From Octopus bimaculoides (Eukaryota), in NCBI RefSeq assembly GCF_001194135.2, contig NC_068981.1:72169515-72232414 (forward strand): a DNA stretch of 62,900 bases, given 5' to 3'. A program made the translations under genes and the position numbers. The stretch's first letter is position 1, and every line of letters begins with the position of its first letter. The notes below the pieces were generated by a model, which was given only the letters and a program-made list of their open reading frames with translations, did not search any database and was not told the origin of the DNA. This document shows, piece by piece, positions 61,850 to 62,900 of this stretch.

Positions 61850-62765
61850 GAAGCACAACTGTTTCAAAGGCGGGGTCGACATTCACCTAGGAGCTATTTT
61901 CAATGATCATTTCAGGGGTCAAGACTTAAGACACTGCAGGTCCTTGTTTAGTCTATCTGCATCATCCTTGGAATTTGACGGGAAGAAGCCCAACTGGAAA
62001 CAGATCCTTGATGAGGTCAAGAGGGCAAGAGCAGGTTCCGCTCCTGGTCTTAACAGGTACCTTTCGAGTTATATAAGAACTGCTCAAATGTGCTTAACAG
62101 GCGCCGCAGGTTTCTGATGGTGATTTGGAGAAAAGGCAAGGTGGTCCGGAGGCTAGGAGGCACACAGAAGAAGTGTGAATTCTGAAGGAGGAAACGTCAA
62201 AGACTGATAGTCAGTTTAGATTATTCTCACTACTCAGTGTTGAAAGAAAAAATACTCTTTGGCTTGTTGCTAGGCACCTAGCCGGCTACCTATTGAGGAA
62301 TTTCTACATTGATACTTCAGTTCAGAAATGAGTTATCCCACAAGAACCAGGTTGTCTATAAATCCGTTCAAGGAGGGGAATGAAAGTAAAGAAATATGCT
62401 GAGCTGGTAGAGAGATGCCAAAGCAATGGGTGGCAAGCAGGGTATGATCCTATCGAGGTGGGTTGTGTAGAAGTTTGTGGCTCAGTCCCTCTGCAGAGCT
62501 CATAAGATGATGCCCGTTACAGAGGCCAGTAGGTGGAAAGCCATCACGTTGGCTGTGGAAGCATCACGGTGGCTGTGGATCAGAACGTATGAGCTCTGGA
62601 AGAGGCAGTGTTGTCAGGAGTAGCGCTAACTGGACTCAAGCTGGGGCTGAGTCAATCAGTCCTGGCTAAGCCGCTTTGGTGAGGGTGTTTGATTGTGAAA
62701 TGACCTCAGGAAACATCCCTAATGATGTGTCCAGATGCATCCCCGGATAATGTATGGAAAAGCTC
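61850..62765 (+). mobile_element. Internally deleted Hero-clade RLE retrotransposon
   Basis: EFDGKKPNWKQILDEVKRARAGSAPG, LLSVExKI, YIDTSVQK, PGCL, then directly KYAELVERCQSNGW, PIEVGC, ASRWLWI. Confidence 0.82.
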
Positions 62766-62900
62766 TATCTTTTTTTCTATCTTTTTTTTCTATCTATCTA
62801 TCTATCAATCTATCTACGCATACATACATACATACATACATACATACATACATACATACATACATACATGCATGCATGCATGCATGCATATATATATATA
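62766..62900 (+). repeat. (TCTA)n/(TACA)n/(TGCA)n/(TA)n microsatellites
   Basis: Direct read. Confidence 0.95.

Overview
Eukaryotic, very AT-rich, microsatellite-dense DNA from a gapped short-read assembly, with ten N-gaps that mostly sit in microsatellites. The SINE families and repeat style point to an octopus or other coleoid cephalopod; this is recognition from memory, not a database result. I found no rRNA, true tRNA, CRISPR array or confidently nameable host gene. Most of the interpretable sequence is transposon debris: five or six R4/Dong-clade RLE retrotransposon copies (one near full length inside a TAA array), several degraded L1/Tx1-like LINEs, RTE, CR1-group, Hero and Penelope-like fragments, three mariners, a probable solo LTR and about 25 tRNA-derived SINE copies in three families. 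Three phase-compatible candidate exons of an unidentified plus-strand gene are proposed with low confidence. Two things stand out. (1) An apparently ORF1-only retroelement (34552-36276) is inserted at a defined point inside a SINE head. (2) A TAA-microsatellite 'landing pad' (36594-38487) stacks Dong fragments with a 550-bp non-coding element that looks like their non-autonomous passenger. Coordinates of degraded elements are approximate and all alignments were done by eye.
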